Shown piece after piece: positions 11,196 through 21,075 of a DNA stretch of 64,000 nt. The stretch spans positions 5,882-69,881 of the forward strand of contig DDBO01000164.1 of assembly GCA_002332755.1 (NCBI GenBank), in the 5' to 3' direction. The stretch's first letter is position 1. Every line of letters starts with the position of its first letter. The DNA is from Bacteroidales bacterium UBA2030 (GTDB lineage: Bacteria > Bacteroidota > Bacteroidia > Bacteroidales > TTA-H9). A program made the position numbers and the translations under genes. The notes under the pieces were generated by a model. It saw only the letters and a list, made by a program, of their open reading frames with translations. It was not told the origin of the DNA and did not search any database.

Positions 11196-12548
11196 ATGAA
11201 AATTAAAACATTCATCGCAATACCTGCTATGTGGATCTGGGCCAATACTAATTTAATAGCACAGACCGACACAAAAACCGGAGATAGTATAAGTGAGAAG
11301 CCCAAACAAGGCTGGAATATAGGCGCTTTACCTGCAATCACCTTTAATTCTGACATTGGTTTTCAGTATGGAGTGTTAGCCAATATTTTCAACTACGGCG
11401 ACGGAACCCTTTACCCCGACTATAAATACTCCTTTTATACAGAATGGAGCAGGACGACAAAAGGAGGGGGAATCAATCAGCTTTTTTTCGACAGTAAATA
11501 CCTAATGCCCTGGGGCATGCGTATAACTACGGATTTGAGCTACCTGACACAACAGGCTTTGGATTTTTATGGATTCAATGGCTACCGTGCTTTATACAAT
11601 CCTGCATGGGAGGACCGTAACAGCCAGGAATACAAAACCCGGATGTTTTATCGCTTGGAACGCCGGTTGCTCAGGGTGGATGTGGGCTTACAAAAACCCC
11701 TGGATGAAATACCGGTTCGTCTTTTGGGAGGAATAGCTTTTTTTGATATCAAAACACAACCGGTGAATCTAAATAAACTCAACAAAGGTCTTGAGGGTGA
11801 CGAAATCTTGCCGGATGTGCCCGGACTTTACGATAAATACGTAGAATGGGGGATTATTCCTGAAAAAGAAAAAAAAGGAGGGAAACTGATTAGCCTTAAA
11901 GCAGGACTGATTTACGATACACGCGACAATGAAGCCAATCCCAATCGCGGCATCTGGAGCGAATTGCTGGTTGCTTTTTCCCCGTCAATTGACAAAAACC
12001 TGGAATCGTATTCAAAACTGGTTTTTATTCATCGACAATATTTTACGCTTATTAAAGACAAATTAACTTTCGCGGGGCGATTAGGATACCAGGGGACACT
12101 ATCAGGAAATACTCCCTGGTTTATGCAAAACTATATGGTCAATTCGTTTCCCAAAACCACAACTGTGGATGGGCTGGGTGGCAGCCGTACTTTGCGTGGG
12201 GTGTTACTCAATCGTATTGTGGCTGATGCTGTTGCCTACGGCAATGCTGAACTACGATGGAAAATGGTAAAGAAATACATATGGAGGCAAAATTTCTATA
12301 TTGCCCTCAGCGCTTTTGCGGATGGAGGGCAAACAGTGAAGGAACATGAAGTCAACCTCGACAGAATCCCTGTTCAGGAAAGGCAAGAGTATATAGGTGA
12401 TTCCGAGGATGCTTTACATTTAGGTTATGGGGGCGGGTTATATATCGCTATGAATCAAAACTTTGTTGTAGCCATCAATTATGGACGGGCTGCTGATAAA
12501 CGCGATGGCACCAGCGGGTTGTATATCAATCTCAACTTTATGTTTTGA
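11196..12548 (+). CDS. Omp85/BamA-family (surface antigen D15-like) outer-membrane barrel protein
   Basis: It has a signal peptide after ATG 11196 (MKIKTFIAIPAMWIWANTNLIAQ), the motif DTRDNEANPNRGIW typical of Omp85 barrels, and a C-terminal ...YINLNFMF. Confidence 0.6.
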   Translation: MKIKTFIAIPAMWIWANTNLIAQTDTKTGDSISEKPKQGWNIGALPAITFNSDIGFQYGVLANIFNYGDGTLYPDYKYSFYTEWSRTTKGGGINQLFFDSKYLMPWGMRITTDLSYLTQQALDFYGFNGYRALYNPAWEDRNSQEYKTRMFYRLERRLLRVDVGLQKPLDEIPVRLLGGIAFFDIKTQPVNLNKLNKGLEGDEILPDVPGLYDKYVEWGIIPEKEKKGGKLISLKAGLIYDTRDNEANPNRGIWSELLVAFSPSIDKNLESYSKLVFIHRQYFTLIKDKLTFAGRLGYQGTLSGNTPWFMQNYMVNSFPKTTTVDGLGGSRTLRGVLLNRIVADAVAYGNAELRWKMVKKYIWRQNFYIALSAFADGGQTVKEHEVNLDRIPVQERQEYIGDSEDALHLGYGGGLYIAMNQNFVVAINYGRAADKRDGTSGLYINLNFMF

Positions 12549-12551
12549 TAA

Positions 12552-13445
12552 TCAGACCTCAGGCTCATTAAGCGACCTGAACCCTTCTCCGAGTATTTCA
12601 CTTGCATCCATAACGGTTATAAAAGCTTTAGGATCTATCTCTTTGATAGCTGCCTGTAAAATAGCAGTCTCTCGACGGCTCATCACGGTGAATATCATGG
12701 GGCGTTCTTTTTCTGAGAATAATCCCTTGGCTTTGAAATAGGTACCCCCCCTTTCCAGTTGATTTAATATTCGGTCAGCAATTTCCTGGTGACGATCGGA
12801 TACAATTAGCAAACATTTATTATAGCTAATGCCTTGCATAACTATATCGACCACCTGCCCAATAACAAAAATGGCTACTATACTGTAGAGAGGGATTTTC
12901 CAGTTGCCAAAAAACACAAATCCCAAAAGAACTATCAAACTATCGACAGCCATCATCCATTGTCCCACAGGTCTGCCTGTAAATTTCGACAACATCATGG
13001 CAACCACATCAGTTCCCCCACAGGAAGCCCTGGCTCTAAACAGCAGCCCCACACCAACGCCGATAAATACGCCTCCATAGATTGACGACATAAGTACTTC
13101 GGAGCCTATTTTCAGTGGGTCTTCCCCTACCAAATAACTTAAGCCATCCATAAAAAAAGCTGTGAGAAAGAATCCGGTAATGGTTTTTATACCATACCGC
13201 GGGCCTAAAACCCTGGTGGCAATTATAGTGATGGGAATGTTAAAGGCAAGGGCAGTAAGGCCTACGGGTGTTCCCAGAAGGTGATGCAAAATAATACTGA
13301 TACCATACACCCCGCCCGGTACCACTTTGTAAGGAGTAATGAAAAGCACATACCCTACCGCCAGAAGTGCAGCTCCGGCAACGATTTGTCCATAAGCTAC
13401 AAACCAACGTCGACTGAATAGTTTTTCCTGCGAGATGAATGCCAT
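12552..13445 (-). CDS. YitT-family membrane protein (DUF161 membrane domain plus DUF2179 C-terminal domain)
   Basis: 297 aa. It has a polytopic N-terminal part and a soluble C-terminal domain (RGGTYF...TVMSRRE...DPKAFITVMDASEILGEGF). Confidence 0.8.
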   Translation of the reverse strand: MAFISQEKLFSRRWFVAYGQIVAGAALLAVGYVLFITPYKVVPGGVYGISIILHHLLGTPVGLTALAFNIPITIIATRVLGPRYGIKTITGFFLTAFFMDGLSYLVGEDPLKIGSEVLMSSIYGGVFIGVGVGLLFRARASCGGTDVVAMMLSKFTGRPVGQWMMAVDSLIVLLGFVFFGNWKIPLYSIVAIFVIGQVVDIVMQGISYNKCLLIVSDRHQEIADRILNQLERGGTYFKAKGLFSEKERPMIFTVMSRRETAILQAAIKEIDPKAFITVMDASEILGEGFRSLNEPEV

Positions 13446-13466
13446 AATCTCCCTCTGTTAAAAAAA

Positions 13467-14387
13467 TCAACCAACAACTTTATCGGAAAGAGACTTGAAG
13501 CCTTCCCCGAGTATTTCGCTCGCATCGGTAACAGTAACGAAAGCCCCCGGGTCAACCTGTCGAATATGATCCATCAGAAGCGAAAGCTCTCTGCGCGACA
13601 TGACCGTATGAATGATTTTTCGGGGCTGCCCCTGGTACATTCCGGCTCCTTCAATATAAGTCCCCCCCCGATGCAAATCATGAATAATTTTTTCTCGAAT
13701 GAGTTCAGGATGATTAGAAATAATGAATACCGATTTCTCGTAGCTAATACCTTCTACAACTACATCGATTACTCTGCCTGTAATAAAGATTACTATCCAG
13801 GAATAAAGCGGTATACGCCAATCTCCAAAAGTGGCCAAACCAATCAGCACGATGATAGAATCAACCACTATCAGAAGTTGACCTACCGGCCAGCGGGTGT
13901 ATTTAGCAATAATCATGGCTATAATATCGCTACCTCCGCTGGTTGCTCTGGCTCTAAAAATCAGACCCAATCCCAATCCCACAGTGACTCCGCCAAATAT
14001 ACAACTTAAAAGCACATCGTTGCTTAATCCTAAGGGGTCGTTTTCGCCTATAAACCAGGTTAGCAGCATCATAAAATTGGACATCAGGAGAGATCCAACC
14101 ACAGTTTTGGCCCCAAAATGAGCCCCAAGCAAACGCATTCCGATAATAATCAGAGGTATATCGAGGCTAAGACCCACCAGACCAATAGGAATGCCATCAG
14201 GCCAGATAGAAAACCACCCTCTGGTGAGATAATGCACAACAATACCAATACCATATACCCCACCAGGTACAATGTGGTAAGGATTGATAAAAAGCACAAA
14301 ACCGGCAGCCATGATAAATGCCCCGGCAACGATCATTGAATACGAAATCAAATTATCACGGGAGAAAACTTGCCGAATTTTTCCCAT
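13467..14387 (-). CDS. YitT-family membrane protein, tandem paralog
   Basis: It is collinear with the neighbour (RGGTYIEG...TVMSRRE...DPGAFVTVTDASEILGEGF). The start was moved to ATG 14385-14387 (MGKIRQVF). Confidence 0.8.
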   Translation of the reverse strand: MGKIRQVFSRDNLISYSMIVAGAFIMAAGFVLFINPYHIVPGGVYGIGIVVHYLTRGWFSIWPDGIPIGLVGLSLDIPLIIIGMRLLGAHFGAKTVVGSLLMSNFMMLLTWFIGENDPLGLSNDVLLSCIFGGVTVGLGLGLIFRARATSGGSDIIAMIIAKYTRWPVGQLLIVVDSIIVLIGLATFGDWRIPLYSWIVIFITGRVIDVVVEGISYEKSVFIISNHPELIREKIIHDLHRGGTYIEGAGMYQGQPRKIIHTVMSRRELSLLMDHIRQVDPGAFVTVTDASEILGEGFKSLSDKVVG

Positions 14388-14412
14388 AAGATGTATAAAT
14401 TTTAAAGAGGTG

Positions 14413-14420
14413 CAAAGATA
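14413..14420 (-). promoter_or_regulatory. -7 box TAtcTTTG for the YitT pair
   Basis: Perfect TAnnTTTG on the minus strand, 26 nt upstream of ATG 14387. Confidence 0.55.
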
Positions 14421-14497
14421 GAACAAAGCTTGGCGTTCTTAGAGCAATAATTTTAGCATTAAAACAAAGAAGAGAGAAAGGAAAACAATATTCGTTG

Positions 14498-14505
14498 TAT
14501 CTTTG
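14498..14505 (+). promoter_or_regulatory. possible -7 box TAtcTTTG for the porP-gldKLMN operon
   Basis: This is the only perfect TAnnTTTG I found in the 254-nt gap upstream of porP. It would imply a ~170-nt leader. Confidence 0.3.
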
Positions 14506-14680
14506 AGTTAATTTAGCAGCGTGTACCGAAGATTATACCCCTTTTCGAAACCTCTTGAGGGAAAAACAGGTATGATATATAGTATCACCTGAGAAAATCC
14601 GGGGATTTTGATGGGTGAATCATCGGTAAACGTTGCCTAATTCAACTATTCTGATTTACTTTATACCCGATTTCAGTGGG

Positions 14681-15652
14681 ATGGCAGAAATGAGAAAAAA
14701 ACGCATAGCGCCTGTAATAGTAGCGATAGCGTTGCTATTGTGGAGCAGTGTTGTGTGGTCGCAACAGGAACCCCAATACACCCATAATATGTTTACGCAA
14801 ATGGCTGTTAATCCGGCTTATGCCGGTAGCAGTGGCGATATCTCCGTTACGGGGTTGATGCGTGAGCAATGGCTGGGATTTAAAGACATGGATGGAAACA
14901 AAGTAGCCCCCCAGACTTTTCTGCTTTCAATGGATATGCCTGTAAGTTTATTAAGGGGGGGCATAGGTATTTCCATACTCAACGACAAACTAGGATTTGA
15001 GAAAAACATAGGATTACGCCTGAATTATGCCTATCGAACAGAATTCTGGAATGGGCAAATTGCTTTTGGTCCAGTCATAGGATTTTTAAATAAAACCATT
15101 GATTTTTCGATGTTCAAACCCACCCAGCCCGGAGATCCCATTCTTGCAACAGCAGAAGAGAAGACCATGATGCTCGATCTGGGTGTGGGGGTATTTTATG
15201 AAGTTCCCAAAAAGTATTATGCAGGAATTTCTACATCACAACTCCTGCAAACCGCGGCAACCCTTGGTATGGAAACCGCAAATTACAACCTGAAGCGCCA
15301 TTACTATATCCAGGGAGGTTTCTATTATGTTCTCCCGGATAATCCCTTCCTCCGTCTTGAACCCTCCATAATGTTCAAGACGGATTTTGTATCATCGCAA
15401 TTCGACCTGAACACCCTCGCTGTTTATAACGATAAATTTTGGGGAGGGCTTACCTACCGATATCAAGATGCGCTTGCATTATTGATAGGTATCAGTTACA
15501 AAAGTTTCAAGCTCGGTTATTCCTACGACATTACCACATCAAAGCTGGGTGGAGCAGGAAGTACAGGAAGCCATGAAATTGTTCTCAATTATCGGTTTAA
15601 ACTTGAGCTGGAAAAATCTCCACGAGGGTATCGTAACACACGCTATTTGTGA
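14681..15652 (+). CDS. porP: T9SS membrane protein PorP/SprF family
   Basis: The QQEPQYTHNMFTQMAVNPAYAGSSGD N-terminal signature follows a signal peptide, and the gene sits immediately upstream of gldK as in the Porphyromonas porP-porKLMN arrangement. The start is ATG 14681, or possibly 14690. Confidence 0.8.
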   Translation: MAEMRKKRIAPVIVAIALLLWSSVVWSQQEPQYTHNMFTQMAVNPAYAGSSGDISVTGLMREQWLGFKDMDGNKVAPQTFLLSMDMPVSLLRGGIGISILNDKLGFEKNIGLRLNYAYRTEFWNGQIAFGPVIGFLNKTIDFSMFKPTQPGDPILATAEEKTMMLDLGVGVFYEVPKKYYAGISTSQLLQTAATLGMETANYNLKRHYYIQGGFYYVLPDNPFLRLEPSIMFKTDFVSSQFDLNTLAVYNDKFWGGLTYRYQDALALLIGISYKSFKLGYSYDITTSKLGGAGSTGSHEIVLNYRFKLELEKSPRGYRNTRYL

Positions 15653-15733
15653 AATTGTTTTTACTTTTGCCTGTTTTGAGAATTTTGAAAGTGAAATACA
15701 TAGATGCTGACAAAACATAACCACCGGAATAAC

Positions 15734-17149
15734 ATGAAAAGACTGCTTTACCTGGTCATTGCTGCCGCAGTACTGAGCAGTTGTGGCAACACCGGAAACG
15801 GTGAGCTGACGGGTGTTCCCAACCGACCCAAGTTTTACCAGCCCGATCCCTACGGTATGACATTCATACCTCTGGGCAGTTTCACCATGGGAACTGGCGA
15901 TCAGGATGTACCTTATGCCAATGTTCATCAGCCCAAAACCATCTCGGTAGCGGCTTTTTATATGGATGAGACTGAAATAACCAACAATGAGTATCGTCAG
16001 TTTGTTTATTGGGTAAGGGATTCCATTGCACACACTATTTTGGGCAATGCAGGACCTGATTTTGGAGAACATTTTGTTTCGGACCGTCAGGGTCAGCCCA
16101 TACAGTTTGGCACTGCCAACCCCTACTATAAAATCAACTGGAAAGAGAAAATAGATTGGGAAGGGCGTAAGCTACAGGAAGGCACCCAAAACCCTCTCGA
16201 AGAACTATATCTTCCTGAAGAAGAACGCTTTTTCAGGAGAAAAGAGATCGATACGCGCAAACTCTTTTACCGGTATTTCTGGGTAGATTTACCCAAAGCC
16301 GCACGTCCTGAAAACCGCTATGAGTATAATCGCGACCAACAAGGCCGGATAACCGGTGAGGGGGGTACTTATCCTCAAAACATTGTAGCCGAAGGGAATC
16401 GCCGGGCATTTGTAAAAGAAGAAGTTGTGCCTGTGTATCCTGATACCCTCGTCTGGATAAGCGATTTCACTTATGCCTACAATGAACCTATGGCAAAAAC
16501 TTATTTCTGGCACCCGGCTTATGATAATTACCCTGTAGTTGGGGTTACCTGGAAGCAGGCCGAGGCTTTCTGCGTGTGGAGGACCGAATACATGAACAGC
16601 TACCTGATGACCCGAAAGCGTGAAACATTGGTAAATGATTTCAGGCTGCCTACCGAGTCGGAATGGGAATGGGCTGCCCGGGGAGGCAACGAGCTTAACC
16701 CTTATCCCTGGGGAGGTCCCTATCTGCGCAACCAGAAAGGTTGTTTCCTGGCCAACTTTAAACCCGGTCGTGGTAACTATGTGGCAGATGGTGGGCTATA
16801 TACTGTTATCGTTGCCCATTACCCCCCCAACGATTTTGGCCTCTACGACATGGCTGGTAATGTAGCCGAATGGACCAATAGTGCCTTCGACGAAAGCTCA
16901 TACAATTTTACCTGGGACCTCAATTCATCTTATACATACCACGCCAATTACGATGATCCGGCAGTAATGAAACGCAAAGTGGTTAGAGGGGGCTCGTGGA
17001 AGGATGTCAGCTACTTCCTGCAAGTAAGTACGCGCTCTTATGAATACCAGGATTCAGCCAGGTCGTTTATTGGCTTCCGATGCGTACAGTCTTATCTGGG
17101 TCGCAACAAAGACGATAACCCCGCTCGCTCGTCTGAAGTTTATAAATAA
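15734..17149 (+). CDS. gldK: T9SS/gliding lipoprotein GldK/PorK (FGE-sulfatase/SUMF1 fold)
   Basis: It has a lipoprotein signal MKRLLYLVIAAAVLSSC and SUMF1-type motifs (RLPTESEWEWAARGG, VVRGGSWKD). Operon position supports the call. Confidence 0.9.
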   Translation: MKRLLYLVIAAAVLSSCGNTGNGELTGVPNRPKFYQPDPYGMTFIPLGSFTMGTGDQDVPYANVHQPKTISVAAFYMDETEITNNEYRQFVYWVRDSIAHTILGNAGPDFGEHFVSDRQGQPIQFGTANPYYKINWKEKIDWEGRKLQEGTQNPLEELYLPEEERFFRRKEIDTRKLFYRYFWVDLPKAARPENRYEYNRDQQGRITGEGGTYPQNIVAEGNRRAFVKEEVVPVYPDTLVWISDFTYAYNEPMAKTYFWHPAYDNYPVVGVTWKQAEAFCVWRTEYMNSYLMTRKRETLVNDFRLPTESEWEWAARGGNELNPYPWGGPYLRNQKGCFLANFKPGRGNYVADGGLYTVIVAHYPPNDFGLYDMAGNVAEWTNSAFDESSYNFTWDLNSSYTYHANYDDPAVMKRKVVRGGSWKDVSYFLQVSTRSYEYQDSARSFIGFRCVQSYLGRNKDDNPARSSEVYK

Positions 17150-17215
17150 AAACCCAAATAAACCTCGTCACCAAACCATTACCAAAAAGAATATTAATAA
17201 AAAACCTCAAAGACC

Positions 17216-18409
17216 ATGAAATTCAGCGAACTTCTCAAAAGCAAGGCCTATAAAAAATTCATGAGCAAGCTCTATGGAATAGGAGCTTCTATTGTTATTG
17301 TGGGTGCGCTATTTAAAATCACCCATATTAAAGGAGCAGATATTATGCTTTTTGTAGGTCTGCTCACTGAGGCAACCATCTTTTTCTTTTCGGCTTTCGA
17401 ACCCCCCTATGTAGAGCCCGACTGGAGCTTGGTTTACCCTCAGTTAGCTGGTATTTATCATACCCCTGAAGAAATAGAACTCATGAAGGAACAAGGTCTG
17501 CTTCCCGAGGAAGAGAGCTTAACCTCTGAGTTTGATAAAATGCTGAAAGGAGCGAATATTGAAGAGGATCTCATACAAAGTCTGGGGCAGGGATTGAAAA
17601 ATCTGAATAATACATTGCAAAACCTGAATGAAGTAAGTGGTGTCGCCTTAGCCTCCAGTGATTTCATTAATACAATAAAAACGGTAAACCAAAGTGCAAG
17701 CCGTCTGGGCAATGCCTATCAGCAAACCGCTGAGACCCTTGAGCAGGAAGCCAAGTTGGCTCAGGATCATGTTCAAAATTTAAAGGGTGTAGCCAACAGC
17801 TCGGCCAATCTGAATGCTGCTTATGCACAAATCAGTGAATCGATGAAGCACGAAGCAGAACAACGTGAGAAACTGGGTGAAAGTCTTGCAAGTGCAACAG
17901 CTTCGGCTGCCATACTGGCTGAAAAATACAATGCCTCGGCCGAATCGCTGCAAAAGGCAGCTCAAGCCATTCAGTTGTCACCCGAAGACACTCAAGGTTA
18001 CAAAGAACAACTGAGCCGCATCACACGTAACATGTCGAGCCTCAATGCTATATACGAAATGCAGCTAAAGAATACAGAAGAAAGCAGCCAGGCTATGAGC
18101 AGTAGTATTCAGGCTTTCAGCGAGTTTCTCAGTAAATTGAAAAACACAGCCGAAATCACTGGTCATTTTGGTCAAAATGTAGCAGCTCTCAACCAGGCAG
18201 TTGAAGCCCAAATTAATGGAACAACCAGTCAGGTACAGAAAACCGCTGAGCTTCAGAAGGCATACGATACTTTGCTGCAGCAATTGCAGGCCACAATTGA
18301 AAACACCCAGAAGTACCAACAGCAAGCTGAACAATTGTCGAAAAACATGGCCGCGCTCAACAGCATTTACGGCAACATGCTTTCAGCTATGACGTCATTT
18401 AAGGCTTAA
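17216..18409 (+). CDS. gldL: T9SS/gliding motor protein GldL/PorL with a long Q/A/S-rich C-terminal region
   Basis: It has two N-terminal TM helices (GASIVIVGALFKITHIKGADIMLFVGLLTEATIFFFSAFEPP) and lies between gldK and gldM. Confidence 0.85.
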   Translation: MKFSELLKSKAYKKFMSKLYGIGASIVIVGALFKITHIKGADIMLFVGLLTEATIFFFSAFEPPYVEPDWSLVYPQLAGIYHTPEEIELMKEQGLLPEEESLTSEFDKMLKGANIEEDLIQSLGQGLKNLNNTLQNLNEVSGVALASSDFINTIKTVNQSASRLGNAYQQTAETLEQEAKLAQDHVQNLKGVANSSANLNAAYAQISESMKHEAEQREKLGESLASATASAAILAEKYNASAESLQKAAQAIQLSPEDTQGYKEQLSRITRNMSSLNAIYEMQLKNTEESSQAMSSSIQAFSEFLSKLKNTAEITGHFGQNVAALNQAVEAQINGTTSQVQKTAELQKAYDTLLQQLQATIENTQKYQQQAEQLSKNMAALNSIYGNMLSAMTSFKA

Positions 18410-18452
18410 CCGGATGATTTCGCCGGATATGTAACCTCAAAACAAACAAAAC

Positions 18453-20072
18453 ATGGCAGGATTTAAAGAGACACCAAGGCAAAAAATGATAGGGATGATG
18501 TACCTCGTCCTTACCGCCCTGCTTGCCTTGAACGTATCCAAAGATATCATCAACGCTTTCGTAACCGTAAACGAAAGCATGGAACAGACCAATGAAAATT
18601 TCGAGAAAAAACTATCAGAGACCTACACCAACTTCGAGAAACAGTCATTAATTGGCGGACCCGTTGCTCAAGACTGGTACAATAAAGCATTGGAAGCCAA
18701 GAAACTCTCGGACGATCTGGCAAAGTACCTTAAGGATTTAAAAACAGAATTGATATTATTCTCTGATCGAAACATTGAAAATAAAGCAGTTGCAGATACT
18801 ATTTCCCTGAGATATGTATCAGCTAAAGACAACTTCGACGATCCAACCCGCTTCTTCCTGGGTACAGACGTTACCAAGGGGAGAGCTGAAGAAATGAAAG
18901 TCAAATTTAAAGAATTTAGGGAAAAAATCGTTCAACTTGTTAAACCTGAAGATCGCGACAAACTACGCTTAACAGGTCTTGATACCGATGGTAAATACAA
19001 AGACGAGTATGGCAAAGAAATGTCGTGGGAGAAATATTATTTCTACCATACCATTCTTGCTGCCGACCTGGTAATTCTCAACAAGTACATTGCTGAGGTA
19101 AAAAACATCGAATACGATGTTGTTGCAAGGCTTTACAGTTACATTTCAGCTACCGACTTTAAATTCAACAAGATAGCAGCCAAGGTCATTCCTACGCGTA
19201 AATACCTGTTCAAAGGGGAAGAATACCAGGCAGAGATTTTAGTTGCCGCATACGATACTACAACTACACCCAATGTTAAATACCGTTTGGGTATAGATAA
19301 ATGGCAACCGGGTTATTCGGCTGGTGCCTCAGTAGTCAGCAACGTTCAGGACGGTTTGGCTCTACTGAAAATTGGAACCGGCGGCATGGATTTCGGACCC
19401 AAGAAATTTGCAGGGGTAATTACGATTACCAATCCCATGGGAATACCCGAAGAGTATGAGTTTGCAGATGAGTTTGTCGTACAAGAACCTGTTGCCGTAG
19501 TTTCAGCAGACAAGATGTCGGTGTTTTATATCGGACTCGATAATCCACTCAGTGTATCCGTACCGGGAGTTCCCCCCGACAAAATAAGTGTGAAAATCAC
19601 TGGCCCTGCTACCTTTACACAAAAAGGTGGAGGTAAATATGAAATAAAACCCACAGGAACCGGAACCGTGAAGGTATCTGTTTACTCAACCGTAGATAAA
19701 GGAGAAAAACTCATGGGCGAACGTACTTTCCGCTTATTACCTGTACCTGAACCCATGATTGTGGTGGGAGGCAAAACTGCAGGGCAAAACATATCCATTA
19801 CTGACCTTCAAAATGCCCGTGTAGATGCTATTTTAAAGGACTTTCTGTTTGACGGAGTACGCTTTACAGTTACCCGCTTCGAAGTATTGGCAAGTATTGG
19901 CGGATTAACCCAAAGCGTACAGGTATTGGGAAACACCATGGACGGACCCGCCCGAAACTTAATTGCCAAGCTTGGCGCCAAACAGATGCTGATTATCGGA
20001 AACATCTTTGTGAAAGGCCCTGACGGCAAAGAACGCCCTGTAAGCAGTGCAGTTAACCTGAAAACACTATAA
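18453..20072 (+). CDS. gldM: T9SS/gliding motor protein GldM/PorM
   Basis: It has the N-terminal PRQKMIGMMYLVLTALLALNVS single TM helix typical of GldM, is 539 aa long, and sits in the expected operon position. Confidence 0.9.
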   Translation: MAGFKETPRQKMIGMMYLVLTALLALNVSKDIINAFVTVNESMEQTNENFEKKLSETYTNFEKQSLIGGPVAQDWYNKALEAKKLSDDLAKYLKDLKTELILFSDRNIENKAVADTISLRYVSAKDNFDDPTRFFLGTDVTKGRAEEMKVKFKEFREKIVQLVKPEDRDKLRLTGLDTDGKYKDEYGKEMSWEKYYFYHTILAADLVILNKYIAEVKNIEYDVVARLYSYISATDFKFNKIAAKVIPTRKYLFKGEEYQAEILVAAYDTTTTPNVKYRLGIDKWQPGYSAGASVVSNVQDGLALLKIGTGGMDFGPKKFAGVITITNPMGIPEEYEFADEFVVQEPVAVVSADKMSVFYIGLDNPLSVSVPGVPPDKISVKITGPATFTQKGGGKYEIKPTGTGTVKVSVYSTVDKGEKLMGERTFRLLPVPEPMIVVGGKTAGQNISITDLQNARVDAILKDFLFDGVRFTVTRFEVLASIGGLTQSVQVLGNTMDGPARNLIAKLGAKQMLIIGNIFVKGPDGKERPVSSAVNLKTL

Positions 20073-20086
20073 ACTCTTAATATCCA

Positions 20087-20971
20087 ATGAACAAAAAGTG
20101 GTTGATTTTCTTTCTTGTTTTGTTCATCGCAGCCGGAGCTAATGCGCAAAGTATTGATCCGCCAAAGGTAAAACCGGCTGAAAGGCCCTGGCCCAAAATA
20201 CATACCCCCAATCGCAAACGGCCGGTCCCGTACCCTCCTATCCGCGAAGCAGATATCATATGGGCCAAAAGGGTATGGCGTGTTATTGACCTTAGGGAAA
20301 AACAAAATCAGTTCCTGTTATACCCTCTTCAACCTGTTCGCGATAGAAAATCTTTAGCTACAGTGCTTTTTGACGCCGTAAAAATTCCCTCTTCGGAATC
20401 TCCCTATGGGTCAAATTACCTTACAGCCTACAGCGACGAAGATTTAGCTGAAAGGCTTGCTACGGTAGAAGATATAAACAAAAAACTATCGTTTACCTAC
20501 ATGGACAGCAGGGTCGATTCTCTGGGAAATACGGTCACCGAAGAAAAGACCTATAACCTTACCCCGGGCGACATTATAAAATTTTATATTATCGAAGACT
20601 GGTTTTTCGACAAACGTCGCTCACAGCTCGATGTTCGTATCAGGAGTATTTGCCCCGTGTATTATCGCTTCGTCATGAGCAATGGGGAAAAGCAATACCT
20701 GACTGACCCCTCCGCTACTTTCTATATTTATTTCCCCGAAGCTCGTTTCTGGCTGGTAAACGCTGAAGCCTATAACCCCAAAAACGATGCTGAATGGCGT
20801 ACCTACGATGATATTTTTACGAAACGTCGATTCGCAAGCTACATCTACAAGGTCGAAAATATTCAGGATCGAATGATTTCGGACTATGCCACCGGCCTCG
20901 ATGCCTTATTGGAATCAGAGCGCATCAAGGGAGAAATTCAGCAGTTTGAAATGGACCTTTGGGAATATTAA
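20087..20971 (+). CDS. gldN: T9SS/gliding periplasmic ring protein GldN/PorN
   Basis: It has a signal peptide (MNKKWLIFFLVLFIAAGANAQ), is 294 aa long, and is the last gene of the K-L-M-N set, followed by a terminator. Confidence 0.85.
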   Translation: MNKKWLIFFLVLFIAAGANAQSIDPPKVKPAERPWPKIHTPNRKRPVPYPPIREADIIWAKRVWRVIDLREKQNQFLLYPLQPVRDRKSLATVLFDAVKIPSSESPYGSNYLTAYSDEDLAERLATVEDINKKLSFTYMDSRVDSLGNTVTEEKTYNLTPGDIIKFYIIEDWFFDKRRSQLDVRIRSICPVYYRFVMSNGEKQYLTDPSATFYIYFPEARFWLVNAEAYNPKNDAEWRTYDDIFTKRRFASYIYKVENIQDRMISDYATGLDALLESERIKGEIQQFEMDLWEY

Positions 20972-20990
20972 TCCCGCTTTTATATAAAAT

Positions 20991-21027
20991 AAATGCGGTC
21001 GCTGAGAAAAGTGACCGCATTTTTTTA
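20991..21027 (+). terminator. rho-independent terminator after gldN
   Basis: Stem atgcggtc (20993-21000) pairs with gaccgcat (21013-21020), followed by T7. Confidence 0.75.
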
Positions 21028-21075
21028 TTGGAAAAACACCTACCGGTTTATACTTCCAAAGGCTAAAAGTCATTT

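Noticed and set aside
12745-13669. The C7 (12745-12751) and C8 (13662-13669) homopolymers inside the two YitT genes could be slipped-strand phase-variation switches.
   Set aside because: Both tracts encode the conserved Arg-Gly-Gly of the RGGTY motif at the equivalent position of each paralog. They are explained by codon choice (GGG GGG). Nothing can be concluded about length variation from a single sequence.
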